From the NCBI GenBank assembly GCA_965237525.1, contig CBDEFO010000008.1, forward strand, positions 1,248,001 to 1,312,000: a stretch of DNA of 64,000 nucleotides, in the 5' to 3' direction. The translations under genes and the position numbers were made by a program. Source of the stretch: Candidatus Latescibacterota bacterium. Its GTDB lineage: Bacteria > Latescibacterota > CBDEFO01. Shown one piece after another: positions 9,820 through 19,713 of the stretch (position 1 is the stretch's first letter; each line of letters starts with the position of its first letter). A model generated the notes under the pieces. That model did not search any database. It was given only the letters and a program-made list of their open reading frames with translations, and was not told the DNA's origin.

Positions 9820-10614
9820 ATGATGAGAATCCATAAGATATTTAGAGGCGTCCCGATCCTACTGGGATTATCGGTATTAGTTGTTTTACTTTTGGGAAGT
9901 GCAGTCAAGAAGGGCAAAAAATCTCCAAGTGTCCAGGAACAGTTGAACCAGATCTCCGCTTCGATAAGTGCCATAGATAGCCTGCTGAGGGACCAGGAGG
10001 GGGCCTCCAGAAGAATCGGGGCGGATTTGATGGTCAGGATCGAGGCTCTGGAGAGGCAAGTACAGGTACTCAACAGCAAGATAACTGACAACAGCAACCG
10101 GCTCGCCAGGTTCTCTGAGAAGCTGGATGCTATCCAGCTTTATGGTGGGGGACGCCCAGTCTCTTCAGATGGAGATACTTCCAAGCCTGCAAAGGCAGTT
10201 ATGACCTTTAAGACGAACCTGAAGGTCGATCCGAAAACCCTCTACGATAGTGCGTATTCGGACATTAAAGAGGGAAACTATCAATTAGCTATCGCCGAGT
10301 TCTCCAGGTACCTTTCTGATTTCCCACAGACTGACCTTGCAGATAACGCTCAATATTGGATCGGCGAATGTTACTACGTTCAAGGGGAATATAAAAAGGC
10401 GCTCGTGGAGTTTCAGAAGGTCCTGGGAAAATATCCAAATTCTGAAAAGATTCCAGGGGTCCTGCTTAAGATGGGGTACACCCTATCTGAGTTGAAAGAC
10501 CACAAGGGCGCTGTCAAATATCTCAAAGACCTTGTAAAGAAGTTTCCTTCTTCTTATGAGGCAAAGTTAGCAAAGGAGAGGTTAAAATCGGTTTCCAAAA
10601 AGAGCAGGAGATAA
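9820..10614 (+). CDS. cpoB: tol-pal TPR protein CpoB/YbgF
   Basis: Coiled coil plus TPRs (LADNAQYWIGECYY); follows pal. Confidence 0.9.
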   Translation: MMRIHKIFRGVPILLGLSVLVVLLLGSAVKKGKKSPSVQEQLNQISASISAIDSLLRDQEGASRRIGADLMVRIEALERQVQVLNSKITDNSNRLARFSEKLDAIQLYGGGRPVSSDGDTSKPAKAVMTFKTNLKVDPKTLYDSAYSDIKEGNYQLAIAEFSRYLSDFPQTDLADNAQYWIGECYYVQGEYKKALVEFQKVLGKYPNSEKIPGVLLKMGYTLSELKDHKGAVKYLKDLVKKFPSSYEAKLAKERLKSVSKKSRR

Positions 10615-10632
10615 CTTAAGCTCCCCCAGAGT

Positions 10633-10653
10633 CCCCGATAGGTTCAATCGGGG
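10633..10653 (+). repeat. 21-bp palindromic element
   Basis: T-CCCCGATAGGTTCAATCGGGG-A. Confidence 0.9.
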
Positions 10654-10794
10654 ATACGTTAAATTAAGGAGGTGAGGCTTCCTACATCCCATCTGTCCAG
10701 CGTTTTTTCAGTCAACAAAAATGCGGTTTTCTTACGGAGTGGTAGCACACTGAGTGCACGTTGCACCACTTAACATTACTGTTTTCAAGGGAGG

Positions 10795-11397
10795 GTGAAG
10801 TCTATTATGTTACGTAAATTTTCGATCCTAGCGTCTTTTGCTGCAGTCCTTTTTGTTGTGGGGTGTGGTAAGGAACCTGCTGAGGACATAAATTCTGCCA
10901 GGTCAGCTGTAGATTCTGCGCGCGCTACAGACGCCCAGACTTATGCGTCTGAGGAATTCAACGATCTTGAGGCTTCTTTAAATGCCGCCCTAGCCGAGGT
11001 GAACACCCAGAATGAAAAGTTCTTAAAAAACTACGACAAGGCAAAAGGGATGCTTGCCTCGGTAACGGAAAATGCCGCTCAGGTCGAGTCTATAGCAAAA
11101 GAAAGCAAAGCCGCTGCCAAATCCGCAGCCGAAGAAATGCGATCACTGGCTGTCACTGCAATAGACAATGCCAAAGCAGCTGTAGGCAAAGCTCCAGTCG
11201 GTAAGGGCACCAGGGCGGACATAGAACTGTTCTGGTCCGACATAAGCGACATAGAACTGTCTCTTGCCGAAGTCAGGATGTCTATCTCGAATGAGGATTT
11301 CTTCGGGGCCTCTTCCAAAGCCAAAGTGATAAGGGATAGAGCCGATGCACTCGTAGAAGAGATAAATGCCGCTTTGGAGAAATACCCTAACAGGTAG
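10795..11397 (+). CDS. alanine-rich helical lipoprotein (DUF4398-like)
   Basis: Lipobox VVGC, ARSAVDSAR..AQTYASEE, KAPVGKGTRAD. Confidence 0.7.
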   Translation: MKSIMLRKFSILASFAAVLFVVGCGKEPAEDINSARSAVDSARATDAQTYASEEFNDLEASLNAALAEVNTQNEKFLKNYDKAKGMLASVTENAAQVESIAKESKAAAKSAAEEMRSLAVTAIDNAKAAVGKAPVGKGTRADIELFWSDISDIELSLAEVRMSISNEDFFGASSKAKVIRDRADALVEEINAALEKYPNR

Positions 11398-11433
11398 CAG
11401 ACAGCATACAGGGGCGTGAGGTAGCCCTGTCTG
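11396..11433 (+). repeat. gene-boundary repeat family (AGYAGACAGCRTACAG..GCCCTGTCTAC)
   Basis: Similar copies at about 19813, 27525, 38911, 42423, 55128, 60493, 61457, and reversed at 63621. Confidence 0.7.
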
Positions 11434-11456
11434 TTGTATCTTGTTTGAGGATTGGG

Positions 11457-12293
11457 ATGTCGCAAGACACAGAGGCTCTCGAATTAGATGAAACATGGGG
11501 GGCCTTGAAAAAACGAGTTGATGGGCAGGCTATCCTCTTTGGAAGTCTTAGAAGGTGGCTCTTCTTAGCCCTCGCAGCCAATTTAATCTCTTTAATCTTT
11601 ATCGTTCTTCTCTTTTTCAAACCCTCAGCGACTACAGAGGAGGTAGTTCAGGCGAAACATAACGCAGTAGATAAGAATGATGAAGGTGTCGAATCCCCCC
11701 CGAAGCTTTACGGCTACGTCTCCCCGATCCTTGGGGCACTACCTGTACCGTTTGACGATAATCTCGTTGTGGGTGCAGAAAGACCTTACAGGGGAGGGAT
11801 ACACCAGGGAATAGACATATTCTACTACGATAAGCCTCACAAAAGAAAAGTCGCATTCGGAGACCCTGTAGTGGCCATGACCGACGCCGTAGTAGTCAGA
11901 GCGGACAGAGATTACAGGGAACGTGATGGAAAAGATCGGGAGACGCTCCTTCTGGCAGCAAAGATACTGGGAGGTAAGGCGGGGGATATCCTGGATGCAC
12001 TCAGGGGCAGACAGGTGTGGCTTCAGAGCTACGACGGTGTGATAATAAGGTACGCTCACCTTGCAACGGTCGCGGACAAAATAGTAGAGGGCAAAAGGGT
12101 ACAGAAGGGGAGATTTATAGGCTTTGTGGGAAATTCCGGAACTTCAGAAGGCGTATTGGACACCCAGAGTGGCGTGCATCTGCACTACGAAATTTGGCCC
12201 AACGGACACGATTACCTGGGAGAAGGTCTCCCAATAGAAGAAGCCAGACGGCTTTACCACAGACTCTTTGAACCGTACGACGATTTGCCCTAG
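11457..12293 (+). CDS. M23-family metallopeptidase, membrane anchored
   Basis: HQGID, YAHL, IGFVGNSG, HLHYEI. Confidence 0.9.
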   Translation: MSQDTEALELDETWGALKKRVDGQAILFGSLRRWLFLALAANLISLIFIVLLFFKPSATTEEVVQAKHNAVDKNDEGVESPPKLYGYVSPILGALPVPFDDNLVVGAERPYRGGIHQGIDIFYYDKPHKRKVAFGDPVVAMTDAVVVRADRDYRERDGKDRETLLLAAKILGGKAGDILDALRGRQVWLQSYDGVIIRYAHLATVADKIVEGKRVQKGRFIGFVGNSGTSEGVLDTQSGVHLHYEIWPNGHDYLGEGLPIEEARRLYHRLFEPYDDLP

Positions 12294-12419
12294 GTGTCTG
12301 TTTTCGTATCGGTTTATGGGAGAACTGTTTGAAAAAAAGGGGTGGGGTAACCTTTCCCCTACATTTAGTGGCGTACAGATAACCATACCAAGGAGGCGAC
12401 TATTAAGGCAATAGCAAAA

Positions 12420-13067
12420 TTGGCCCTCTTGATCGTTGTCTTTCCCATAGTGGTTGGCATTGACTTTTACCCTTTAAGGCAAACTATCCAGAAGCTGAGT
12501 AAGGATGTAATCTATCAGATGGATAGGGGACAACTGCTCAAAGCTATGCGGGATCTGGAGTGGGACATCCTCAAGATAGAGGGGGAAAACAGAGAGCTGG
12601 AAGAAAGCATAGAAAAACTATCTCCCGATGAGAGATATATAGTTGTAGATACGAACCGCGGTCGGTTACTCCTAAAGCAGGGCAACACGATTTTAAGGGA
12701 GACCATCTGTTCTACAGGAAGCGGCGCGGAGTTGGAGGGACCAGAGGGGCAAAAATGGATCTTTAATACCCCTAAGGGCACCTTTGAGGTGTTGGGGAAA
12801 TACAAAGACCCCATCTGGACAAAGCCGGACTGGGCGTTTGTGGAGGAGGATGAGCCTATCCCTCCGACGCTTTCGCCGGAGCGAGTGAAGGAGGCTGTTT
12901 TGGGCAGATATGCCCTACACTTCGGAGATGGGTACTTTATCCACGGGACGCTCTACACGAGGCTTTTGGGCGAAAACGTGACGCACGGATGTGTCAGATT
13001 GGGCGACGACGACCTTGAGATTGTCTATGATGCCTCACTAGTGGGGACGAAGATATATATCTTTTAA
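12420..13067 (+). CDS. L,D-transpeptidase (YkuD family)
   Basis: TPKGTF, DPIWTKPDW, IHGT..THGCVRL catalytic His/Cys. Confidence 0.92.
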   Translation: MALLIVVFPIVVGIDFYPLRQTIQKLSKDVIYQMDRGQLLKAMRDLEWDILKIEGENRELEESIEKLSPDERYIVVDTNRGRLLLKQGNTILRETICSTGSGAELEGPEGQKWIFNTPKGTFEVLGKYKDPIWTKPDWAFVEEDEPIPPTLSPERVKEAVLGRYALHFGDGYFIHGTLYTRLLGENVTHGCVRLGDDDLEIVYDASLVGTKIYIF

Positions 13068-13119
13068 CAGCAGACAGCACACCCTCGTCCCATCCCTTGA
13101 GATTCCCTCACTTCCCGAT

Positions 13120-13140
13120 CCCCGATAGATTCAATCGGGG
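13120..13140 (+). repeat. 21-bp palindromic element nested in a REP-like repeat
   Basis: T-CCCCGATAGATTCAATCGGGG-A inside CCCGAT..ATTCAGTCGGG. Confidence 0.9.
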
Positions 13141-13267
13141 ATTCAGTCGGGTACTCATAATGACAGTTCTATCATCCTCGGTGTCATTGCGAGGGGCTTT
13201 AGCCCCAAAGTAATCTCCGAAGAGGGGAGGCCGTGCTTCTGTATACTAACTACTGTCTACTAATAAA

Positions 13268-14008
13268 ATGTCAGCGCCTCTTAAATGGGTTGTAGGCTCA
13301 GTTTTGATCGCTTCCGTTTTGTTATTTATATCGGATGTGAATTTGAAGCGATACAGGGAGGATATATACAGTCTAAGGAAAGTCTACAGATCTCTTGAAA
13401 GACAGAAGCTGTCACTGGAAAAAAGGAGCAGGCTCTTAGAGTCAGAGTTAGAATTGGCTTCGTCAGGGTCGCCCTATCTAGTAATTGACACTCTATCTGA
13501 GAAATTGAAATTAAAGCTGCAAGGTGCCGTCCTCATCGAATGGTATGCCCTATCCATGCAGGTTGAGAGCAGGTTACAAGAGGGAGCAGAGCTACCAACC
13601 GAGCGGCTTTTCATATTACAAGGCAAAGAGGTCGGTGCTGCTCCAGAACAGATCTTGGAAGAACTGGATGCGGACACATTAAGTTCGGCTCTTCAGGAAT
13701 TGAAAGTCGAGTCCTCCACAGTGCAAACACCGACTTCATATATCCTCTACTTTGATCACGAACTGAAGGTCTACCTAAGATCTGACGGCACGATACCGTT
13801 GGAGGCGACAAAGGCCAAACTCCAATTGATCGATAGGATGGTGGACATAAACCACTTTATAAGGAATTCGTTCTGGGAATCCTTGTCTTTTTATCCTCCT
13901 GCCAGGGACCGCCTCCCCCATCGGATATATATAACGCTCGACGAAAATGACCTAAGAGCCGTTTTCCGTTCGATTTCGATTGGAATCGAGGCAGTAGTCT
14001 ATATGTAG
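13268..14008 (+). CDS. membrane-anchored coiled-coil protein with a probable degenerate YkuD-like domain
   Basis: TM plus coiled coil; YLVIDT..LKLK.G and ITLDENDLRAVF..ISIG parallel the upstream L,D-transpeptidase; no Cys in the protein. Confidence 0.55.
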   Translation: MSAPLKWVVGSVLIASVLLFISDVNLKRYREDIYSLRKVYRSLERQKLSLEKRSRLLESELELASSGSPYLVIDTLSEKLKLKLQGAVLIEWYALSMQVESRLQEGAELPTERLFILQGKEVGAAPEQILEELDADTLSSALQELKVESSTVQTPTSYILYFDHELKVYLRSDGTIPLEATKAKLQLIDRMVDINHFIRNSFWESLSFYPPARDRLPHRIYITLDENDLRAVFRSISIGIEAVVYM

Positions 14009-14236
14009 ATAAAACAGGAGAACTTAGTTACAATAGCTGATCTGGACACCCCTGTCTTGACTGTGGATCTGGATACATTAGAACATAACATAAGAAATGC
14101 AGCGGAGTCCTGCCGCAAACACGACATCGATATGAGAGCCCACATAAAGACTCATAAGATCCCTGAGATCGCTCATAAGCAGGTAGAAACAGGGCGATAG
14201 GTATAGTCTGCCAGAAGTTGGGTGAGGCTGATGTTA
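13793..14236 (+). repeat. about 445-bp direct repeat, left copy
   Basis: Aligns with 17521-17966 with scattered substitutions. Confidence 0.9.
14027..14236 (+). pseudogene. decayed 5' duplicate of the PLP-enzyme gene at 17756
   Basis: ATG replaced by GTT, encodes DLDTP..RAHIKTHK, 1-nt deletion near 14190, truncated. Confidence 0.85.
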
Positions 14237-14790
14237 CCCAGGCCATGGAGCTGCCCGCAAAAGCCATCGATTATCTCGGCGGATTGGACGTCCTGCTCAA
14301 CAATGGCGGCATCACCAGGAATCGTCCCTTCCTCAAGGTCGACCCCGAACAGTATGACACCCTTTACAATGTTAACGTCCGGGCCATGTTCTTTGTCACC
14401 CAGGCTGCTGTTCCAACCATGATCAAGCAGGGCAAAGGAGCGGTGATAAATATTACCTCCGCGCACGCCTTTGTCGGAGCCACTGAACACTCTGTCTATG
14501 CCGGCACCCGGGCCGCGGTAGTCGGTTATACGCGAACACTATCAATCGAGTTGATCCAAAAAAGGCGTCCGCGCAAATACTGTCGCTCCGGATGGGTCCT
14601 CCAGGAGAATCAGCGAGCCATGTTACCCGACGATTTTGATGAGAAGAAAGCCGGACTGACTCTACCGGCTGGCTTTACTGGCCAGCCAGTGATTTGTGAT
14701 GGTGGGGAAACCTCCCTTATGGCTACAATGGGAGATTTCCGCCAGCCGATGAAAGAGGTTTTCGGCGAAGGCTACGTTCCCGGCCTCTGA
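14237..14790 (+). pseudogene. SDR-family oxidoreductase fragment
   Basis: GGLDVLLNNGG, GAVINITS, YAGTR (catalytic Lys lost); no N-terminal GxxxGxG; apparent frameshift near 14560. Confidence 0.75.
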
Positions 14791-14876
14791 GCCGTACATC
14801 CGACTTAAAAAGACAGTAAGTTCTATGTGGATGACGGAAAACGAAAAGAGCAGAAAAATGCACAGGAGATTCTATT

Positions 14877-15824
14877 GTGGCATTAAGATATACAGTAGTA
14901 TGCGATACCCTTTCATTTTTAGGTTATGATTTGCTTGAAGAACCGAAAGAGATCCTCCAGACAATAAAGAATGCGGGCTATGACGGAGCGGATCTGCCCG
15001 GCGATCCCAACAGGGCCAACGGCAAAGAGTTGAGAAACCTTGTAGATTCGATCGGTTTAGAGGTGCCGGAAGTATTGGGTGCCTGGGCTTATTTTCATGG
15101 TGGAGAAGACAGAGATTTAGCCGGAGATGATGAAGAGGCCAGGCAACGGGGTATTAACTATGCAAACAAAACGCTTGATTACTCTGTACAGGTTGGGGCG
15201 AGGTTTTTTTCAATCTGTGCGGCACAACCTCCAATTTATCAGGTTCCTTTCCCCAAACTGCCCATACAGACTCTGCGACAGAATTTTATGAATGCTCTAA
15301 AGGAGATATGTCAACATGCCAATAAATGCGGCCTCACCATACTTTTGGAGCCTTTGAATTGTTATGAGGCTTATCCTGGTGTACTAACAACTGTTTATGA
15401 AGCTCTAAGTATCATCAAAGAGATGGGAGTGGATAATATAGGAATTCAGCCTGACGTTTTTCATATGAACGTAGGTGAGGCATCAATTGCTGATTCAATA
15501 AGAACCGCGGGTAAGTCTGTTAGGCATGTGCATATTAATGAAACCAACCACCGAGAGCTTGGCACAGGCCATGCCGATTACACAGCTATGATAAAGGCAC
15601 TCAGAGATATTAACTACGATGGTTATCTGGCTGTCTACATGCCGTATACAACCCAGGAAATATTTAACCTGGTCGGGTTTGGTTACGGCCAAACGGATGG
15701 TTCAGGTAGCAACGAGAAGGTGAAAAAAACCGATTTAAAAGCCTATCTGGAAAAACCACTTAAATATCTCAAAGAAATAGAGAGTGTTGTGGAAATGGGA
15801 AGCAAAATCTATACGACGAATTAG
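14877..15824 (+). CDS. sugar phosphate isomerase/epimerase (tagatose/psicose 3-epimerase-like)
   Basis: LEPLN, DVFHMN, HVHINE, LGTGHAD. Confidence 0.8.
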   Translation: MALRYTVVCDTLSFLGYDLLEEPKEILQTIKNAGYDGADLPGDPNRANGKELRNLVDSIGLEVPEVLGAWAYFHGGEDRDLAGDDEEARQRGINYANKTLDYSVQVGARFFSICAAQPPIYQVPFPKLPIQTLRQNFMNALKEICQHANKCGLTILLEPLNCYEAYPGVLTTVYEALSIIKEMGVDNIGIQPDVFHMNVGEASIADSIRTAGKSVRHVHINETNHRELGTGHADYTAMIKALRDINYDGYLAVYMPYTTQEIFNLVGFGYGQTDGSGSNEKVKKTDLKAYLEKPLKYLKEIESVVEMGSKIYTTN

Positions 15825-15871
15825 CAGGACGATATCCAGCACAAAGATTTTACTTTAACAGAGCAAGGAGA

Positions 15872-16332
15872 GTGATCGAACCAACCTATTCACATGGGCG
15901 GGAAGGAAAACTTTGCTACTTCATGGAACCACTGAGTCTGTTGGCGATTGCAGAAATGTGTCACAAATACGATGTTCCGTATCTTCGCCATAGCGACGGT
16001 AACATCACTGCTATAGAAAGATCTTGTTTGCTTGAGTCTGGTATTGATGGCTGGCATGCACTTGAACCCTGCGCCGGACTGGATATATGTTATTTTAAGG
16101 ACAAATACGGAGATCAAATAACTCTGGCTGGAAATATTGACTGTAGCGGAGCTTTACAGCATGGGACTTCTGATGAGATTCGTGAGGAGGTGCGCAATAA
16201 GATCCAGCATTGCGCCCCCGGGGGCGGCTATATAGCGTCTTAAAGTAATTCTGTACATTCGGGGATACCAGGCCGTAACTACGCATAATGCGTGAGGCAG
16301 TGGAGGAATTTGGTTATTACCCGATAAATTAA
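15872..16332 (+). pseudogene. uroporphyrinogen decarboxylase-family C-terminal fragment
   Basis: HSDGN, LEP.AG.D, LAGNID, APGGGYIAS*SNSVH: internal stop, later frameshift, N-terminus missing. Confidence 0.8.
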
Positions 16333-16388
16333 GATCAAAGGGTATCTGAGCATTTAAGGGGAGCTTATTCTACTTTGAAAGGTTTTGA

Positions 16389-17189
16389 ATGAGTGCAAGA
16401 ACAGAAAAGTTGCGTAAGAAACTGTCGGATGGACAATTTGTTTCATGGATATGGATAGATTTAGCTTCCTCAATGTCTGCTGAAATAATAGCTGGCACAG
16501 GATTCGACTGGATAGTTGTTGATGCGGAACATGCCCCCTTCAATCCCGAGTCTCTTTTGCATATCTTGATGGCTTTCAATGCTTCTGATACGGTGCCTCT
16601 GATTCGAGTTCCTTGGAATGATCACGTAATGATTAAGCAAGCATTGGATATGGGATATGAAGGTGTGATTATCCCTCAAGTTAATAGAGCCGAAGAAGCC
16701 CAAATGGCAGTCTCCGCCTGCAGGTATCCACCTGTGGGAAAGCGAGGTTTCGGGCCGATGAGACCAGCAGGTTACTGGCGCGATGGAGGTAAATATGCGA
16801 AACAGGCCAACGATTCTATCATTTGCGCAGTCCAAATTGAAGATATCAATGCTGTAGATGAGATTGATGATATTGTAGAAACCCCAGGCCTCGATTGGAT
16901 ACTAATCGGCCGTTATGATATGGCTGGTTCCATGAGACTCTCTGATAATTTGTGTAATGATGTAGATAATCCACAACTTTGGAAAGGTATCAAGAAGATT
17001 CTACGCACAGCAGAAAAAGCTGGTATACCTTGCGGATGTCCACTGGGCGGTCCTGATGCAATCAAGAGAACTGTAGATGCCGGCGGCCAGCTTATATGCC
17101 TCGGCCGCGATACTACGTACCTGCAGGGTGCGGCAGATAACGCTCTAAAGGTGTTCAATGATAAACTTGGAAACAAGAGTTTTAAATAG
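16389..17189 (+). CDS. HpcH/HpaI aldolase family protein
   Basis: GFDWIVVDAEH, RYPPVGKRGFGP, VQIED. Confidence 0.9.
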   Translation: MSARTEKLRKKLSDGQFVSWIWIDLASSMSAEIIAGTGFDWIVVDAEHAPFNPESLLHILMAFNASDTVPLIRVPWNDHVMIKQALDMGYEGVIIPQVNRAEEAQMAVSACRYPPVGKRGFGPMRPAGYWRDGGKYAKQANDSIICAVQIEDINAVDEIDDIVETPGLDWILIGRYDMAGSMRLSDNLCNDVDNPQLWKGIKKILRTAEKAGIPCGCPLGGPDAIKRTVDAGGQLICLGRDTTYLQGAADNALKVFNDKLGNKSFK

Positions 17190-17313
17190 GGGCTTCCCAA
17201 TTAATGGAGCTCCTGACACAGGGTGACTTAGCGTTGACTGATTTCACCAATTGATTTTGTTAAGATAGACAAGAATTATAGTTAAAGAGGTCAAAAGCAC
17301 CCTGAAAAACTCA

Positions 17314-17520
17314 ATGTCTAGAAGACTGTTTTCAGACGACAAATTAGAGCGTATATACAACGCTGCAGTCAAAGTTCTGGAACAGATGGGCATGCGCGTC
17401 CATAACCGTCAATGCCTAGAAGCCCTGGAAAAATTCGGCGCCAGGTTGCATTACCCGGCCCAGTGCGCCTTCTTCCCGCCGGAAGTGGTAAATCGGTGCT
17501 GGAAATTGTCAAGGCAGACT
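17314..17520 (+). pseudogene. trimethylamine methyltransferase (MttB)-family N-terminal fragment
   Basis: LFSDDKLERIYNAAVKVLEQMGMRV..GA..FPPEVV; truncated at the right direct repeat. Confidence 0.65.
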
Positions 17521-17966
17521 ATACCGGATGGGAGCGACAAAGTCCAGACGCCAATTGATGGATAGGATGGTGGATATAAGCCGGTTTATAAAGAATTCGT
17601 TCTGGCAATCCTTGTCTTTTTATCCTCCTGCGAGGGACCGCCTTCCCCATCGGATATATATAACACTCGACGAAAATGACCTGAAACCCGTTTTCCGTTC
17701 GATTTCGATTGGAATCGAGACAGTAGTCTACATGTAGATAGAACAGGAGAACTCAATGACCGTAGATGATCTGGACACCCCTGCCTTGACTGTGGATCTG
17801 GCTATTCTAGAAAAGAACATAAGAAATGCAGCGGACTCCTGCCGCAAACACGACATCAATATGAGAGCCCACATAAAGACTCATAAGATCCCCGAGATCG
17901 CACACATGCAGTTGGAGGCTGGGGCGATAGGTATAGTCTGCCAGAAGCTGGGTGAGGCTGAGGTTA
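17521..17966 (+). repeat. about 445-bp direct repeat, right copy
   Basis: Aligns with 13793-14236; carries an orphan 3' end of the 13268 gene and the intact start of the 17756 gene. Confidence 0.9.
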
Positions 17967-18796
17967 TGTGCGCCGCTGGGATCAGGGACATTTTAATCCC
18001 CTACAATATCGTAGGTAAAGGGAAACTGGAGCGATTGACAAGATTGGTACGAAGGGCTATCGTAACTGTGGCTGTGGACTCGGAGGATGCTGCCCTGGGT
18101 ATTTCAAAGCAGGCTCAAGAGGACGACTGCAAAGTCCGAGTCATCATCGAATTAGACACGGGAGGGAAGAGGTGCGGTGTTCAGTCTCCTGAGGAGGCTT
18201 TAGAGCTCGCAAAGAAGATTGTAAAGATGCCCGGTCTCGATTTCCAGGGGATTATGACCTATCCGAGCAGAATCGAGGCTGGACCCTTTATAAAAAGGAC
18301 TTTGGAGCTCGTAGAAGGTAAGGACATCCCCGTCAATATCATCAGCGGAGGTGGAACGGGAACAGAGGCGGTGTCCAAGGAGATAGGCTGCACAGAGACC
18401 CGCATGGGATCCTACGCCTTTGAGGGTATGACAAGGGTGGGACACGGCACACTGAACCCGGAAACGTGTGCTATGCGCATGATCGTGACGGTGGTGAGCA
18501 CTCCGGCTCCCGACAGGATTATAATTGACGGCGGCCAGAAGACCTTCACAAGTTATCCTCCCACCCCTTACGGCTATGTGATGGAGCATCCTGAGCTTGA
18601 GATATACGCTATGTCTGCGGAGCACGGACACGTGAACACCAGCAACTGCACTCACAGCTTTAAAGTGGGCGAAAGGCTCGCTGTAATACCGACTCATCAG
18701 GGGATGACTACAAATCTGCACGATGAGGTGGTAGGCGTCGGGAACGGCAAGGTCGAAGTCATATGGAAGGTCGCAGCCAGAGGAAAAGGAAGATGA
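17756..18796 (+). CDS. fold-type III PLP enzyme (D-threonine aldolase/DSD1-like)
   Basis: LDTPAL, RAHIKTHK, QKLGEAE, DTGGKRCGV, SGGGT, SAEHG. Confidence 0.88.
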   Translation: MTVDDLDTPALTVDLAILEKNIRNAADSCRKHDINMRAHIKTHKIPEIAHMQLEAGAIGIVCQKLGEAEVMCAAGIRDILIPYNIVGKGKLERLTRLVRRAIVTVAVDSEDAALGISKQAQEDDCKVRVIIELDTGGKRCGVQSPEEALELAKKIVKMPGLDFQGIMTYPSRIEAGPFIKRTLELVEGKDIPVNIISGGGTGTEAVSKEIGCTETRMGSYAFEGMTRVGHGTLNPETCAMRMIVTVVSTPAPDRIIIDGGQKTFTSYPPTPYGYVMEHPELEIYAMSAEHGHVNTSNCTHSFKVGERLAVIPTHQGMTTNLHDEVVGVGNGKVEVIWKVAARGKGR

Positions 18797-19656
18797 GAAA
18801 ACTGTATTTACTTGGCACAGGCACTCCAACTCCCACAAAGTCTCGGTTCGGGACCTCATTTGTCTTACAATTAGACGAGGACTGCATAATGTTCGACTGT
18901 GGTCCAGCCGCCACCTATAAGCTCGTTAAAGCCGGTCTGTTCCCGACACAGATAGATTATCTCTTTTTCACCCATCACCACTTTGACCATAATTCCGATT
19001 ATCCGTGCTTCCTGCTGTGCCGCTGGGACCAAAGTACAGGTAAAGAAAATAGGTTACAGGTCTTGGGACCTCCTCCTACGGAATGGATCACCGAGCGCAT
19101 CATCGGGGCAGATGGAGCGTTCTCCCACGATTGGAAGGCGCGTGTGGGAGCACCAGCCAGCCAGAGAGTACATGTAAATCGCGGCGGCTCGTTACCGCGC
19201 CCTGAGCCTTCTTTGGACGTCAGCGATGTGGGTCCTGGAAGAGTGATGCAGCATGATAGTTGGAGGGTAACTGCCGCGCACGCCCATCATTTTGAGCCCT
19301 GGCTCGAATCACTCGCCTACCGCGTCGATACAGATGAAGGCTGTATCGTCTTTGCCAGCGATACAGGCCCCTGCGAGTCGGTAAGTAAGCTGGCCCGCGG
19401 CGCTGATGTCCTTATAGCCAACTGTTGGGATCACCAGGAGACTATGGAGGAAAACGGGGAAGCACCAGGTCAGACAGGGACCCTCGATGCGGCTAAATTG
19501 GCGGAGGAGTCAGGTGCCAAGAAGCTGATCCTCGCGCACACTGGACCACATCTTGCAGCCCCGGGCTCAAGAGAAAGGGGTATAGGAGATATCGCACGTA
19601 TCTACGGTGGCGAAATCATCTTCGGTGAGGAATTGATGAGCCTTGAACTCTGGTAG
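18793..19656 (+). CDS. MBL-fold metallo-hydrolase (RNase Z-like)
   Basis: LLGTGTP, FDCG, THHHFDH, SDT, LILAH. Confidence 0.85.
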   Translation: MRKLYLLGTGTPTPTKSRFGTSFVLQLDEDCIMFDCGPAATYKLVKAGLFPTQIDYLFFTHHHFDHNSDYPCFLLCRWDQSTGKENRLQVLGPPPTEWITERIIGADGAFSHDWKARVGAPASQRVHVNRGGSLPRPEPSLDVSDVGPGRVMQHDSWRVTAAHAHHFEPWLESLAYRVDTDEGCIVFASDTGPCESVSKLARGADVLIANCWDHQETMEENGEAPGQTGTLDAAKLAEESGAKKLILAHTGPHLAAPGSRERGIGDIARIYGGEIIFGEELMSLELW

Positions 19657-19692
19657 CCAAACGAGTAGATAGAATGTAGGGGCGAGGCCTGC

Positions 19693-19713
19693 CCCCGAAA
19701 GGTTGAATCGGGG
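19693..19713 (+). repeat. 21-bp palindromic element nested in a GTAG-type REP
   Basis: C-CCCCGAAAGGTTGAATCGGGG-G within GTAGGGGCGAG..CTCGCCCT. Confidence 0.8.

Noticed and set aside
11722..11736. CCCCGATCCTTGGGG in the M23 gene as another palindrome insertion
   Set aside because: Only 15 bp with the wrong loop, and it encodes an ordinary SPILG segment.
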